A stretch of DNA of 64,000 nt, from NCBI RefSeq assembly GCF_009914755.1, contig NC_060925.1; one strand, given 5' to 3'. Position 1 is the stretch's first letter; each line of letters opens with the position of its first letter. Below are positions 1-14,970 of the stretch, one piece after another. The position numbers were made by a program, and so were the translations under genes. The DNA is from the human T2T-CHM13v2.0 reference genome, Homo sapiens. Below the pieces are notes generated by a model that was not told where the DNA came from, searched no databases, and was given only the letters and a program-made list of their open reading frames with translations.

Positions 1-370
1 TCATTTACCTCCCCAAATTTGGTATTTTTGGAGAGATGCTCCAGTTTTTCTACAGTGTCTTTTTGTCATTTCTGTCTTATGTGTGGTGCCATAAATATTC
101 TGGAATTGAATTCCTAATATATTTCATTATACCAAACTTGAGAACTAAAATAAAGCAGCTTTTTGATCTTTCAGAAGTTACTGAATTCTTACTTGTGTTC
201 TATAGATGGCTTTTAGAAAATAACACCCCATTCAGCTTCTGATAGGATTATAATATTTTAGTAACTTATCTAGCTACACAAGGTATTTCACAATATCCTT
301 AGGAATTACTGAGTTTTAGAGTGACAGAATAATTACCAATTATTCTGATAGTAAATTTGTAGGTACATTA

Positions 371-765
<395 letters not shown>

Positions 766-1029
766 AGTTACTTTAAGAAGAAACTTCAAGAACGTAACTA
801 TTTAAATAACTTGATATTGGAAAATATTTTTCTTTACCTAGGTTAACTGCAGTAGACATAAATCATCTAATACTTTCTAATAAATTGATAGGTACCAATT
901 TTGGGGCACCTGTGATAGACATTTGTATTATTTCTAACTTTCTGAGTCATCATTAATATTTTTGAAAAGTTTGTATAACTTTTAAAGCTTTAAACATCAG
1001 TGTAAAAAGGCTATAGTATAGTAGATTTT

Positions 1030-1315
1030 TTTGTTTTTTGAGATGGAGTCTCACTCTTGTCACCCAGGCTGGAGTGCAGTGGCGTGATCTGGATCAACTG
1101 CAACCTCCGCTTCCCAGGTTCAAGCTGTTCTCCTGCCTCAGTCTTCTGAGTAGCTGGTATTACAGGTGCCCGCCACCACACCCAGCTAATTTTTGTACTT
1201 TTTAGTAGATGGGGTTTCGCCATGTTGGCCAGGCTGGCCTTGAACTCCTGACCTCAAGTGATCGGTGGCCTCCCAAAGTGCTGGGATTGCAAGCATGAGC
1301 CACCATGCCCAGCCC
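1030..1315 (-). mobile_element. Alu (AluS-like) with 15-bp TSD
   Basis: Reverse-orientation Alu; AGTATAGTAGATTTT at 1015-1029 and 1316-1330. Confidence 0.95.
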
Positions 1316-2304
1316 AGTATAGTAGATTTTACAAAACTATGCTTCATTGTGTCATACTGGCAGTATTACATTTACATTTTATATTAGAAACCTCTTGTAG
1401 ATCATCGAAGACTAGTCCATAGTACATAGTAACTGGTTCTAAGTGACTGAATAATTTCAGTCAACATATTTTCTGTGTAACAGATCAAAGGAGAAATAAC
1501 TGCTGGTGATGAACAGCAGTGTGGAGGTTTTGTTGCCTATGGTTGATCAGCTGCCTGAATCCTGAGTTGTCTCATAGGGTGGCATTATGTTAGTAATTTG
1601 CTGTAGCCCAGAGAAAGGCTGAGAAACTAAGTAATGTTAGTATACCATGAGAAACTGATTCATTTTAATTAAGCTTATGAGAGTAGCATTTGAAATCAAA
1701 TGCTGATTTATTAATTTGCAGTGATAAATGTAATTAACAAGGGCACTGGATTCTCACCTCTAGCACATAACATGTTCTCTGTGTAAAGCTACATTGGAAA
1801 TCACAGTGTACTGTGCAATGAGCATATAATAAATTATATCCTTCAAATGTTTAGTGGTATTAAAGTAGTCTGTTATTTTTAACTCTTCATTAAAAAAAAG
1901 GACTTGTTGCAAGTCCAGGGTACCTTTCCCCTTGGGCACTGCTTAGATAGGTTTTGATTTGCCATTGTGATTTCTATTCCTTGTTGTGTCTGACTAATCC
2001 CTTGCCAGATGGATATGATGTGTTATTTCTTTAGATGTATAGATTACTGAGTCAACTTTAGGACTGTGTTTCATTCCATTCTATTTGATTTGTTAAAAAG
2101 TGTTGGTGAGGGAACTAGCTCTTTTGAATTTGGGATTTATAATGTAGATATCCAAAGGATCTGATTTATCACAGGAGAGGTGAGGAGCGATAGACTGACC
2201 TTTCTGCACGTTTGAGCTGTAAATTTAGGATTAGTCACATTTAGCTTTGTTGATTTGGAAGGGGAGAGAAGAGCAGGGATTTCCTGCTGGGTTTTGGAAA
2301 TCTT

Positions 2305-2425
2305 TCTTTCTTTTTAAAGAGATGAGGTCTCACTACGTTGCCCAGGTTGGACTTGAACTCTGGGCTCAAGCCATCCTCCTGCCTTAAGTACCTGAGATTG
2401 CAGGTGTATGCCACTTTCCTCAGCA
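2305..2425 (-). mobile_element. Alu monomer/FLAM-like fragment
   Basis: agagatgaggtctcactacgttgcccaggttggacttgaactc... Confidence 0.75.
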
Positions 2426-3407
2426 TGGAAATCACTTTCTCTACCTTTCACTTATTACAGGTTGATAGTCAAATTAATGAGGCTCCTTAAACCTCACCCT
2501 CCCAATTAGTAATTTCAGTGCTGCAAAGACATTACAATTTAAGTGTTTCTTAGCATTGTATAAAAGTACTTAAGATTCAGAATGCAGTCAATATGAGTAA
2601 AAAATCAAATATGGTTAAAGTGCAAATAAAGTAGTATCATTGTAAAGTACAAATAGAGAAGTATAAAGAAGACTTTATGTATCAGTAGATAAGTAATAAT
2701 TATATGTTGGGATGAACGTTTTACACAGTCTCAGGATGGACACATTAAAAAATTCTGCTGTGACATATTTGAAAGACGTGAAGATACATACAGCATAAAT
2801 GCAAAGCATGAAATATTTTTCATAATTGGTGGATTGTGTAAAAGTTTTGTTTACATTTTACTCATTTGATTGTATTTACATAAAATGTATTTAGTGAAAT
2901 TACCAGAACCATTTTCAGTAATAGAAGAAAATAATTAGTCTTTTTCTCTCTTTCACACATGGATGCATGCACATGCATTCGTATCTCTCTCTCCCTCCCA
3001 CATATGCATAAAATTGATCAAAATGTGGTTGAGGTCTCCACTGGTACACTTAAGCTGAGCATGCTAACATTTGGTCTGTAAGGAACAACCTACCATTTTT
3101 ATATGTGCCCTTATTTACTTACACTGTATTGATATTTGGTGTTTGCCCATAAAAATAAGCCAGCCATCCTTTCACTATGAGTTTTACATGTAAGTTCTGT
3201 TATGCCTTGTAATTTTAGGTTGACTTTGTTAAAAAACAATTATCAAGTTAGTCATAAAACCTAGTTTCCAAAACCAGTGTTTGTTATCTAAGCTGAACTC
3301 TTAGAAACTTTAATGTGAAATTATTTTTAATGATAATATAAAAATGAAGAGTCAGGTATGAGCAAAAGTAAGTAATATAGCAGGAGTTTGTATAGTTTAA
3401 GTGCATT

Positions 3408-3684
3408 TTTTTTTCTTTCTTTCTTTTTGGAAACAGGGTCTTGCTCTGTCACCCAGGCTGGAATGTAGTTGTACAGTTAGAGCTCATTGCAGCCTTTATT
3501 TCCTGGGCTCAATCACTGCTCCCACCTCAGCTGGGACCACAGGCATGCACTGCAATGCCCAGCTAATTTTGGTATATTTTGTAGAGACACGGTTCACTGT
3601 GTTGCCCGGGCTGGTCTCTAACGATCCTCCTGCTTTGGCTTCTCAAAGTGCAGAGATTACAGGTGTGAGCCACTGCGCCCAGCC
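3408..3684 (-). mobile_element. Alu (AluJ-like)
   Basis: Reverse Alu with imperfect TSD ttaagtg(ca/tg)tttt. Confidence 0.9.
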
Positions 3685-3887
3685 TTAAGTGTGTTTTCAT
3701 TATTGCCTTACATTTTTTAGTCTACAGTGATTTAAAATGGTTTAAATGTAATGATTTAAGTTGGGGATTGACAAACCTCTTCTTTAAAGGGCCAGAAACT
3801 AAGTACTTTAGGCTTACAGGCCGATAGACAAAACCACGGAAATTATGTAGGTGCTTATGTAACAAGAGATAAATCAAATTTTCACAC

Positions 3888-4108
3888 TTTTTTTCTTTTT
3901 TTTTTTTTTTGAGACCGAGTTTTGCTCTTGTTGCCCCTGGAGTACAGTGGAGCTATCTTGGCTCACCACAACCTCTGCATACCAGGTTCAAGCGATTGTC
4001 CTGCCTCAGCCTTCCCGAGTAGCTGGGATTACAGTTATGCGCCACCACGCCCGGCTATTTTGTATTTTTAGCAGAGACGGGGTTTCTCCGTGTTGGTCAG
4101 GCTGGTCA
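3888..4108 (-). mobile_element. 5'-truncated Alu (AluSp/Sq-like)
   Basis: Poly-T, right arm and part of the left arm; stops at ggtcaggctggtc. Confidence 0.9.
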
Positions 4109-5106
4109 CAAATTTTTAATGACAAGTACAATGCATGATAATAATGTGCAATACTGATTTGATAATGAGAATAATGGAATTTCTTTTTGGGTGTGAGGGA
4201 ACATTTTGCTTAATTGAAGTTCCAAGTTAGTGTTCTCTATGACCAAAATTGATTGCAAATTCATCAATGCTGGTTTATAATGAGATTTTATGTATTATTT
4301 CAAAATTCATTAACTATGTAATTGGGGAACTTCCACATAACCCTCCTTTGGCAGTGATAAATCTGCAAATAATCAAGAAAATAGTGTAGTAGAATTCTTA
4401 GATGGACTAAATTTGCCCATCTGAGCTGTTTTCAGCTCCACACATAGTTTTAACTACCATTTGTTTGGTAGCATCAGCATCTTAATAGATTCCCCTTCAG
4501 GTTGTACTTCATTAGTGTTTTCTGAACTACTTTGAAATTACTCCTGCCTGTAGTTTTTTTATGTAGGCTACTCATAGAGGCTAATTCCTCAGCCACTTCA
4601 AAACATGATTTGGACTCCTCGAATAAACCATAACTGAGTGGTATTAGTAACATGTTAACAAGCGCCAAAGAAAACCACTCAGTCATTTGCCTTGACTTCT
4701 GATTGACAATTGATGTTGCTACACCATGACCTCAACTCATTAAGCAGTAGTGAAAGGCTAATAGTCTAAAACAAATTTATTTCCTCTGAATACATTTTTG
4801 ACTGCTTTAATCAAATCAAATTTAATTAATTAACCATAGATTAACCATTTTCCTTCCCTGGCTAACAAGGAACCTCTCAAATTTGCTTCACAGCCTAATT
4901 TTAATTTTTTAATTTTTGTAAAGAAATTTTGTGTTTTCTGACCATTCCTTTCATCTGAGTTGGGAATGTTGCAATGAGGGCTTAGTCTGGTAATATTTAT
5001 ATTGTATTCTTTTAGCACAGTTGTAGTGTCATTGCATTAGATGGTAAACAGTGCTTTGCCATCTGATTTTATTGTACATTAAAGAGCATACTACTTTTCT
5101 TGTGTT

Positions 5107-5402
5107 TTTTTGTTGTTTTTTTGAGATGGAATCTCACTCTGTTGCCCAGTCTTCAGTACAGTGGTGCAATCTTGGCTTACTGCAACCTCTGCCTCCCGGG
5201 TTCAAGCAGTTCTCCTGCCTCAGCCTCCTGAGTAGCTGGGATTACAGATGCCTGCCACCACGACTGGCTAATTTTTGTATTTTTAATAGAGACAGGGTTT
5301 CACCATGTTGGCCAGGCTGGTCCCAAACTCCTGACCTCAAGTGATCTGCCCGCCTCCACCTCTGAGTGCTGGGATTACAGGTGTGAGCCACTGTGCCTGG
5401 CC
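5107..5402 (-). mobile_element. Alu (AluSx-like)
   Basis: Full-length reverse Alu. Confidence 0.93.
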
Positions 5403-5774
5403 TCTTTTTGTTTTAATGTGATGAGTAGGTACCAGCCTCTTTTTGTTTTAATGTGGTGTAGGTACCAGTAATTAAAAAAATAAAATTCAGATGTCCTTAT
5501 GTGACAAAATGCTTGGCACACAAAATGCTGTGTTTTGCATTCATCCAGGAAATGTTTGCTGTGTGCCTGCTGTATGCTAGGCAGTATTGTAGGCCCTGGG
5601 GATATAAATAGGAGGGAGGACAAACAAAATTTAGTGTTACATGCTTTTTGGAGGATTAAAGTAAGGTAAAGCAATATAATTGCATTTTTTGTGATTTGTA
5701 TTGTGCCAACTGGCAGTGCTAACTAAACCTGAGAGTACCACATAAGGTTTCTGTTGTCCATGTTTAACTCTGCC

Positions 5775-6068
5775 TTTTTTTTTTTTTGAGACAGAGTCTC
5801 TCTCTGTCACCCAGATGGAATGCAGTAGCGCAATCTTGCCTCACTGCACCCTCCATTTCCCGGGTTCAAGCAGTTCTCTGGCCCAGCCTCCTGAGTAGCT
5901 GGGATTACAGGCGCCTGCCACCATGGCTGGCTAATTTTTGTATTTTTAGTAGAGACGGGGTTTCACCAAGTTGGCCAGGCTGGTCTCAAAACACCTGACG
6001 TCAGGTGATCCACCCGCCTCAGCCTCCCAAAGTGCTGGGATTACACGCGTGAGCCACAGCGTCTGGCT
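5775..6068 (-). mobile_element. Alu (AluSx-like)
   Basis: Full-length reverse Alu. Confidence 0.93.
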
Positions 6069-6506
6069 GACCTCTGCTGTTTTAAAGGCAGTCATCGACA
6101 ATAGGTAAATGAATGAGTTTGGTTGCATTACAGTAAATCTTTATAGATGCTACAATTTGAATTTCGTGTAATTTTTACATTTTAAATAATACTTTTGATT
6201 ATCTAGATTTTTTTTTCAACCATTTAAAGTGTAAAAACCAGTCTTGGCCTGTGTGCCATACAAAAACAAGTAGCAGCCTGGATTTGGCTCACTGCTGTAT
6301 TTTGCTTACTCTTGACTTAAATTTTTATCAGTGGATATGGAGGCAACTGTTTATTTCTAATTCAAGTAATTAGTACTTGTCTCATTTTATGTCTTTAGAA
6401 ATTGATGTTTAGATGAATTTTAAGAAGGATGCTATTTAAACACACCCATACCTGGCATATGCATTAAGTAAAAATATGAACTTTAACATTAAATTTGTGA
6501 GAATGA

Positions 6507-6804
6507 TGCTGGGTATGGTGGCTCACACCTGTAATCCTAGCACTTGGGGAGGCCAAGGCCGGTGTATCACTTGAGGCCAGGAGTTCGAGACCAGCCTGGC
6601 CAACATGGTGAAATCCTGTCTCTACTAAAAATACAAAAATTAGCTGGGCGTGGTGGCACATGCCTATGATCCCAGCTGCTAAAGAGGCTGAGGTAGGAGG
6701 ATCACTTGAGCCCAGGAACCAGAGGTCACAGTGAGCCAAGATCACATCACTGCACCCCAGCCTGGGCGACATAGCAAGACTCTGTCTCAAAAAAAAATAA
6801 AAAA
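6507..6804 (+). mobile_element. Alu with TSD
   Basis: Dimer with A-tail; AAATTTGT[G/A]AGAATG at 6491-6505 and 6806-6820. Confidence 0.93.
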
Positions 6805-7044
6805 TAAATTTGTAAGAATGGAGGCAGTTGCATAATGGCTGATGCCTATGTACTGTAGATAAAATTACTTTCCTGTTTATCTTATGAGATGCAAGAATAT
6901 TAAATGAAACTTGTTAATGATGAATTTGGATTTTATAAAGCAATAAGAGGCAATGCTGTAAGATGTATTTCCAAATGAGTTTTTGAAAATAAAATCCTGA
7001 CAAATATTTTTTCTTAGTGTGATCCCTTTTGTAATTTTATTTCT

Positions 7045-8055
7045 TTTTTTTTTAACTTTTAAGTTCAGGGGTACATGTGCAGGTTTGTTACACATGTAAA
7101 CTTGTGTCATGGGGGTTTGTTGTACAGATTATTTCATCACCCAGGTATTAAGCCTAATACCCATTAGTTATTTTTTCTGATCCTCTCTCTCTGCTCTCCA
7201 CCCTCCGACAGGCCCCAGTATGTGTGATTCCCCTCTATGTATCTGTGTATTATCATCATTTAGCTGCCACTTATACGTGAGAACATGTGGTATTTGTTTT
7301 TTTTTCCTGTGTTAGTTTGCTAAGGATAATGGTCTCTAGCTCCATCCATGTCCCTGCAAAGGATATGATCTCATTCTTTTTTATCACTGCATAGTATTCC
7401 ATGGTGTATATGTAACATTTTCTTTATCCAGTCTATCATTGATGGGTATTTAGGTTGATTCCATGTCTTTGCTACTTTGACTAGTGCTGCAGTGAATATA
7501 CGCATGCATGTGTCTTTATAATAGAATGATTTATATTCCTTTGAGTATATAACCAGTAATGAGATTGCTGGGTTCAGTGGTATTTCTCTCTTTAGGTCTT
7601 TGAGGAATCACCACAGTTTCTTTCACAATAGTTGAATTAATTTACACTTTCATCAACAATGTGTAAGCCTACCTTTTTCTACACAACTTTGCCAGCATCT
7701 TGTTTTTTGATAGCCGTTCTGACTGGCGTGAGATGGTATCTTTACTGTGGTTTTGATTTCCATTTCTCTAATGATTAGTGATGTTGAGCTTGTTTTCATA
7801 TGATTGTTGGTGATGTATGTCTTCTTTGGAAAAGTGATCATGCCCTTTGCCTACTTTTTAATGATTTTTGTTGTTGTTGTTGTTTATTTGTTTAAGTTCC
7901 ATATAGATGCTGGATATTTGACCTTTGTTGGATGCATAGTTTGCAAAAATTTTCCCATATTTTGTTGGTTTTCTTTTTACTCTGTTGATAGTTTCTTTTG
8001 CTGTGCAGAATCTCTTTTGCTTAGATCCTATTTGTCATCTTTTGCTTTTGTTGAG
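7045..8055 (-). mobile_element. LINE-1 3' end (older L1PA-like)
   Basis: ttaacttttaagttcaggggtacatgtgcaggtttgttac 3'UTR signature; ORF2 C-terminal remnant (LIIREMEIKTT). Confidence 0.92.
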
Positions 8056-8479
8056 TTACTTTTGATGTCTAATTATCCCATCAAGTAAGTGCTACACCCT
8101 GAACTGGAGGCAACATCTTTCTAAAACACATCTGTGAGCAAAGGGGGCACAGCCACATTTTGTGGGAGATGCATTTCAGCATCAGGAGGCAGTTAAGTCT
8201 GCACAGGTTATCCAAGGACTATATGGATAACTCACAAGTGTTTACCCCTCCAGAGAAAAGCCCTGTGTGATAACTGCTGTCTTTCAACTGTGGAGACTGA
8301 GGCACACACTGGCAAGCAAATTGCTTTAGGAACTATTGGCAAACAGGATCAAGAAAGAATTAGCCTCTGCTGAACACTGCACATGGTTGAGTCTGTGTCC
8401 CAGCTATCAGGGTATCAATCTGTCTAGGTCCCAGCGATATTCCCAGTACCTGGCAGAGTTCTTGGGACAAAGTAGATAC

Positions 8480-9070
8480 CTCTGTTCATTTTCTATTGTC
8501 ACAGTAATAAATTACTAGAAGTTTGGCAGCTTAAAACATTCTCTTACAGTTCTGTAAATCCAAGGTTCAGGTATATCGTGGCTTAGGGAGAGGCCTCCAC
8601 TTAGAGTCTCATAGACTGAAGTCAAGGTGTCAACAGCAATGTGTTCCTTTTGGGAAACTTAGGGGAAGGACCCACTTCCAAGTTCCTTCGGGTTGTTGAT
8701 TGAATTCAGTTCCTTGTGATTTTAAGACTGAGGTCCCTGATTGTTTGCTGGATGTAAACTGAGGGCTAGTTCAACCTTCAGGAGGCCACTTGGTTCATGG
8801 CCTCCTTCATCTTGAAAGTCAGCATTGGTGGATACAGTCCCTCTCATGCTTTGACTCTCCCTTGTTCTTCTTCTCTTCTGCTGTGTTTCTCTCTAACTCT
8901 TCTCCCTTCCTCTTAAGGGTCCATGTGATTATACTGGGCCAATCAGGAAAATCTCCCTATTTTAAAGTTATCTGCAAAGTAACTTTGCCATGTAATGTTA
9001 AAATATTCACAGGTTCTGGGGGCTAGGGCGAATGGAAATCTTTGGAGAACCATTGTTCTGCATACCACCA
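8480..9070 (-). mobile_element. MaLR LTR (MLT1-like)
   Basis: ttctcttacagttctg...tcaaggtgtcaacag...aaagtaactttgccatgtaatg...atattcacaggttctgggg. Confidence 0.75.
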
Positions 9071-9175
9071 CACTCAATCAATATTTTTTAATAAATGAAA
9101 AAAAGATGTATTTGTTAGTGTTGGAAGAATAAAAATTTTATGAATTTTTGGTTGCTTAATGTTAAACAGAGTTGA

Positions 9176-9468
<293 letters not shown>

Positions 9469-10884
9469 GATTTTTGGTACCTTTTTTTTTTTTTTTTTTA
9501 AGAAAATTACTTAAAATGAGTAATATTTATGCTAAGATATCCAACTGATTTATAACAGCATATGATAAAGTTATGAGGTTTCTTTTTTTTGTATTGATTT
9601 GCAGTGGAAAGATAAGCAGTTGATTGGTGAGAGACTGCTGAGTTTGATGACAGATTAGGAGAGCAGGACAGTATAAATAGATTAGGGAAGAAGAGAGAAT
9701 TAGTGAGCCAACCTTCCTGCAGGTTATAGAGCCTTTTATGTGTTCCTACCTTAAATATGCTAAGATCCGAGAGATGGATAGTTCATCCCAGTTAACATAA
9801 ATGAAGAGTTCTCTTTCAGTTCTTGTCATTTTTTTGACAACCCGGGAACCATCTTGTATGGCCCACTTGCCTAAGTCAAGCATTCCATCACTCTTCCATT
9901 CAGACGTTTTGCTTTCTATCAGTTGTGAAGACTACAGTTACCTGGCACTGCATCCTTTTTCCCTCTTCCTTTTGCCATCCTGTGTTCTGAATTGTCAGGT
10001 CCACCTAAATAGAAGGCCTAAACTTGATTGTTACTTGGTAACTTAAGACTATAAGATTATTGTTCCTAAACCATTGCTGTATCTAATACCAAGATGTACC
10101 AGTTTGATCAAAGACTTAATTTTCTAGGCCCAGACAACTGACATAATGGATTTAGGTTTATTTTTTCTTTGAAATGAGTGCATGAGTGCCTTAAGATAGA
10201 GTACATAGTCAAAAAATATGAATACTATAGCAAGTTTTAGGGATTCTTGCAGTCTTCCTGAGCACAGTGGTGGAGAAAAGAGGAAAATCCCTGGTTACAT
10301 TGCACACTCATCAAGTCAGGCAACCTGGCCTAGGGCAACATAAGCCTAGAGAAAGGAGTCTTGTTCTCTGGTTTGCTCTCTGCAGGTTGTGCTTTTTTGT
10401 GATCTTTTTCCTTTAGAGAGGCTCCTTATTGTGAAGCAGCTGTTAAAAGGGTATGCCTTATTCTATTTCTTTTTCTTGGTTTTCTTAATTACTTAATTAT
10501 AAAACATTTCTAACGTAAATATAATGAGAGAAAATAGCACGTGATCTTCCATCTTCCCATCACACAGATTGTATAATTACCATTTTTAAAGGCTCTCCTT
10601 ATCTGTTCCACCTCTTCCTTTTTTTTCTAAAGTATTTAAATGCAAAATCTAAACACTGTGATTTTGTTCCTGCACACTTTGCCTCTCTTAAACATATGGA
10701 CATCTTTTACATAGCCACAGTGCCATTGTATACAACAAAATAAATAATATTGATGTAATCCTAACACACAGTTCATTTTACAGTTTCGATTTCCTGAAAA
10801 TTGTCTTTTTGTAATTCGTTTGTTGGAAATAAGACCCAAACAAGCACCATAAATTGCGTTTAGTTGTTAGGAATCTCAAGTATC

Positions 10885-11345
10885 TTTTGCTGTAGTTCAT
10901 AATTTTTTTGTGCCATTGGTGCATTTGGCAGACTGGAAATCCTGTGAATCCTCTTTCTGAATATATTTTTAAGGCATAAAAGAAAATACATAAGATAAAA
11001 CCAATTGTATTTAAAGTAAAATCAAGATATTTTTTAAAAACACATTTATGACATGATTTGTGCTTCTTTACTAATGCATTATGTAACATGATCTAGTGGC
11101 AAATTTGATAAATACCAGATTTTAGAAGTCTAATGAGCATATGTAATTTTGGGATATCTTTATTCTAATATGTTATGAAAAAATCTGATTTTTGTTGGTG
11201 ACAAAGTTGTAACCATTTATAATAATAATACTGTGGTTTATCTGCATTCCTGAAGAAAGTCTTAATTTCATTAAGAGATTAATGAAAATAAAATTGTAAA
11301 TTTTTTTCCCATTACGTTTCTTCTGAATTCTATCCACAATTCCAT
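10885..11345. mobile_element. Probable hAT-Charlie family DNA transposon fragment
   Basis: tttggcagactggaaatcctgtgaatcctctttctgaat...aaaatacataag resembles recalled Charlie-type consensus. Confidence 0.5.
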
Positions 11346-11439
11346 GCTCTAAAGGGGCAGTACATATTAAGAAAGGTCTTGGCTACAAGTCTTCTCGGTG
11401 GCTTTTTCTAAGTTTTTCAACAACTTGACAAGTTCTTTA

Positions 11440-11720
11440 CCTCTTAGCCTTTCTCCTTCCAGTTGTTTGTCTGGAACATTCTTCCTCTTGCTCTTAATAA
11501 GACTGATTCCTTCTCATAATTCAGATCTCAGTTCATCAGCAACTTTTTCAGGACCCTTTTTCTTCTAGTTATCTTGTTGTTCATTTGTTTCCTTTGATAA
11601 TCTTTCTTTAAATATATGAATTTGAAGGTAGAAACTATGTCTTTCTTGCCTTCCACTATATCTCCAGTACTGAGAACAGAGTATTTTGCATGTAAATGTT
11701 GCTTGAAAAGTATTTTCAAA
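11440..11720 (+). mobile_element. L2 3' fragment
   Basis: ctggaacattcttcc...ttcagatctcag...tatatctccagtac...aaatgtttgcttgaa. Confidence 0.6.
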
Positions 11721-12719
11721 TGAATCTGAAGCCTATGTTATACATTATATTTTTAGTTATTTTCCATACTTTCATATGGGTGTAGAGTGGTAATTGTAAT
11801 TCATTATTACTGTTAATGATGCTTTGTAATATATAGGCCCTCAAGTGCCACTTGACAATCCTTTCATACATTGCTTGGTGATTCTTTATTACATTGTTCC
11901 TGGCGAATCAGATTCTTTATACAGTGTTTTCTTTCTCAGTAAATGGCACTGTCAGTGTTCAGGCCAGTGTTCTAGGCATCATCCTTGTCACTTACTCCTC
12001 TCTCATCTCTAGTATCCAGCCATCATGAAGGCCTGTAGACCTTACTTGCTGACATCTCTGGAATTCCTTCTCTCCATGTCACTACTACCCTTTCTCACTA
12101 TAGAGAAAACTTGATTTGATACTGTAAAACATTTTCCTTTAAATGAAATGAAAATGCTTTAAACGAAAAGAGTGAGACTGTTTCATTGAGTCAAGTTGTA
12201 ATTCACTATTCCTTATCCAGGAATTTTTTGTTTTTTTCTTTTAAATAAGTCTCGAGGGAGAGAGAATAATTTACAGTGAGATAGAAGGTATGAATGGGAT
12301 CAAAAGATTGGGTAGAGGGATTAGCTTTAGCAAGGAAGAGAATCATTTATGGGCCTTGTAGCTGGCCAAGGGTTTTAGGGATTTTGGTATATAGTACCTT
12401 GAGAAGCCATTGAAGCAGTGGGATGGCATGCCTAGCTTTGTGTTTTGAAAGTAACATTATGGCTGTAATATTGGCAACAGATTATGTGGATATGAGGAAA
12501 CTGGCTATAAAGGTATTGCAGTAGTTAAAAAATGAGTGATGCTGTTTTAAATAGGGGCAAGATGAAGAAAAGTAGATGGATTCCAGTAGGGATCCAAGTA
12601 AGTCTTTGGGTTAAATGGATATGGGCAATAGCAAGAGAAAGAAGTGGCAAAGGTGATGATAGAAGATAACTTAGGTTTTAGTTCATATTAAGTGTACATG
12701 ACTTACAGACATACAGACA

Positions 12720-13075
12720 CAGTTGGCACTTCATATCCGTGGGTTCCACATCCGTAGATTTAACCAACTGCCGATCGAAAATATTAAAAACAAAAAACAA
12801 AAAAACCAAACCCAGAACGCCTGTGCTGAACATGTATAGACTTTTGTGTGAGTTATTTTTTTCTTAAACAATACAGCATAACAACTATTTACATAGCATT
12901 TAAATTGTATTAGGTATCATAAGTAATCTAGAGATTACTTAAAGTATGCAGGAGGATGTGCATATTTTATATGCAAACAGTATGCCATTTTATAAAAGGG
13001 ACTTGAGCATCTGTGGATTTTGGTGTCTGCAGAGAGTCCTGGAGCCAATTCCCCACAGATACAGAGGTATAATTG
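12720..13075. mobile_element. MER2 (Tigger-derived TcMar MITE)
   Basis: cagttggcacttcatatccgtgggttccacatccgtagatttaaccaac start; ggagccaattccccacagatacagag end. Confidence 0.8.
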
Positions 13076-14485
13076 TACTCTAAATTAGAGGTTTTGCTTA
13101 TGACCTTTGATTAAAACTTTACTTTTGTAAAAATCAAGTTTACTTGTCTTTTTTTTGCTCAGTTATTAGCTTTCTCTCTGAAGTATATAGGAGTCATTCT
13201 CTTCCCTCTCTTGCATGAATCTGTTAGGAAGAAGATTGTAGTTATTTTTTTTTCATTAACCTTTTCAGAAGACAAACAGATCCCTGATAAGGGAATAAAA
13301 TTTTAAACACATTTTTAAAACAAATTTTAAATGTTAAGCAAATGTGAAACATTGGGCTAGTTTTCTTTGTTCATTAATTTCTAGGCTCAGACAACATTTT
13401 GCATTGTATCAGGCCCAGGCAGTCAGTTTTTGTGGTTACTTTTGGGGCTGTGTTGGCCCTCCCTCATGGTGGTGTGACCCTAGGAACATAGGCCCCTAAA
13501 CCGTTTCCCTGATCTTTTCCCAGTAATAAGGCATTTATTGCAACATAGCATCAACTCCATTATGTTGTATACACAAGAACTGTTTTGCTTTTTTGAGGCT
13601 TGGTCATGGATACTGATTATGAACAGACAAAAAATCTTCAGCATGTCCTCTTTAGGAGAAGTTGTCCTTGGATCCATTTGCCAAGGATTTGTTTAGGTGG
13701 CATAGCAGACAGAGGACATTGTCTTACAGAGCATTAAAGAATCATCATAGGAGCAGCAAACAATTTTATTACTGTAAAATTTGGTGGTAGTGGGTTTTCT
13801 ATCCCATTTTAGTATTTAATATACATCATCTGCCTTCTGGGATTAATGTCTAAATGATACATTGAAATTCTTGGAGATGCCTTAGAAATGTCTGTCAATA
13901 GGAATTTTTTTTCTACTTTTTAAGGCTATGTTAATCTCATAGTGAAATTTCCTAGTTAAACAGTAAAAAATAGAAAATTTATCCAAATAGTCTGGATGAA
14001 CTGGTTTTACCTTCTCATGACAAAATGGTAGGTGACCAAACAGTAGGATGGGTAAATGCAGTTCTACTTTTATCTATTAAAAATTAGCAGTTGTTCTTTA
14101 AAAAGAAGCAAATTTTATAATTTCTAAGTGCCACCTGCCTGCTGTTTGCATTTGTGCCTCAGGGCCCAAAGAAGCAAGAGATAAGCAGTAATGTGTATGT
14201 TTTGCAATGGTTCTTGTCACCATTAAACAACAACTGGAAAGAAGGGAAAATAATTGGGGGATCAGATATACTCTCTTTTCTCTTGTCTTTATTGTTCCTA
14301 ATATCAGGTGCCCCTCCAGTGTGTGAAAATGGTATGAAGCCTGGAGGCCTGGCAAAGGATGAAGAACAGAGAATGGGAATATAAAGGGACAGACCATTTT
14401 TGCTCAGCTCTAGACTTTTTTTTTTAATCAGCTGTCATATGTGAAATAATAGCAGAACAGTGTAATGATTAAGAACATGATCCTC

Positions 14486-14970
<485 letters not shown>

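Larger units (their letters stand above)
3761..6314. mobile_element. hAT-Charlie DNA transposon fossil (Cheshire/MER58-like) with decayed transposase on the - strand, interrupted by three Alus
   Basis: MER58-type termini at 3761 (ggggattgacaaac...aaagggccaga) and ~6210-6314 (caaccatttaaa...ggatttggc...). Transposase-like peptides WFSLAL and FEVAEELASMSSLHKKTTG (4474-4686), and LKEYNI...QNFFTKIK (4830-5018). Confidence 0.8.

Noticed and set aside
13400-13760. Unique-looking, more GC-rich stretch considered as a processed pseudogene
   Set aside because: No recognisable protein similarity, poly(A) tail or TSD; needs a BLAST/Dfam search.
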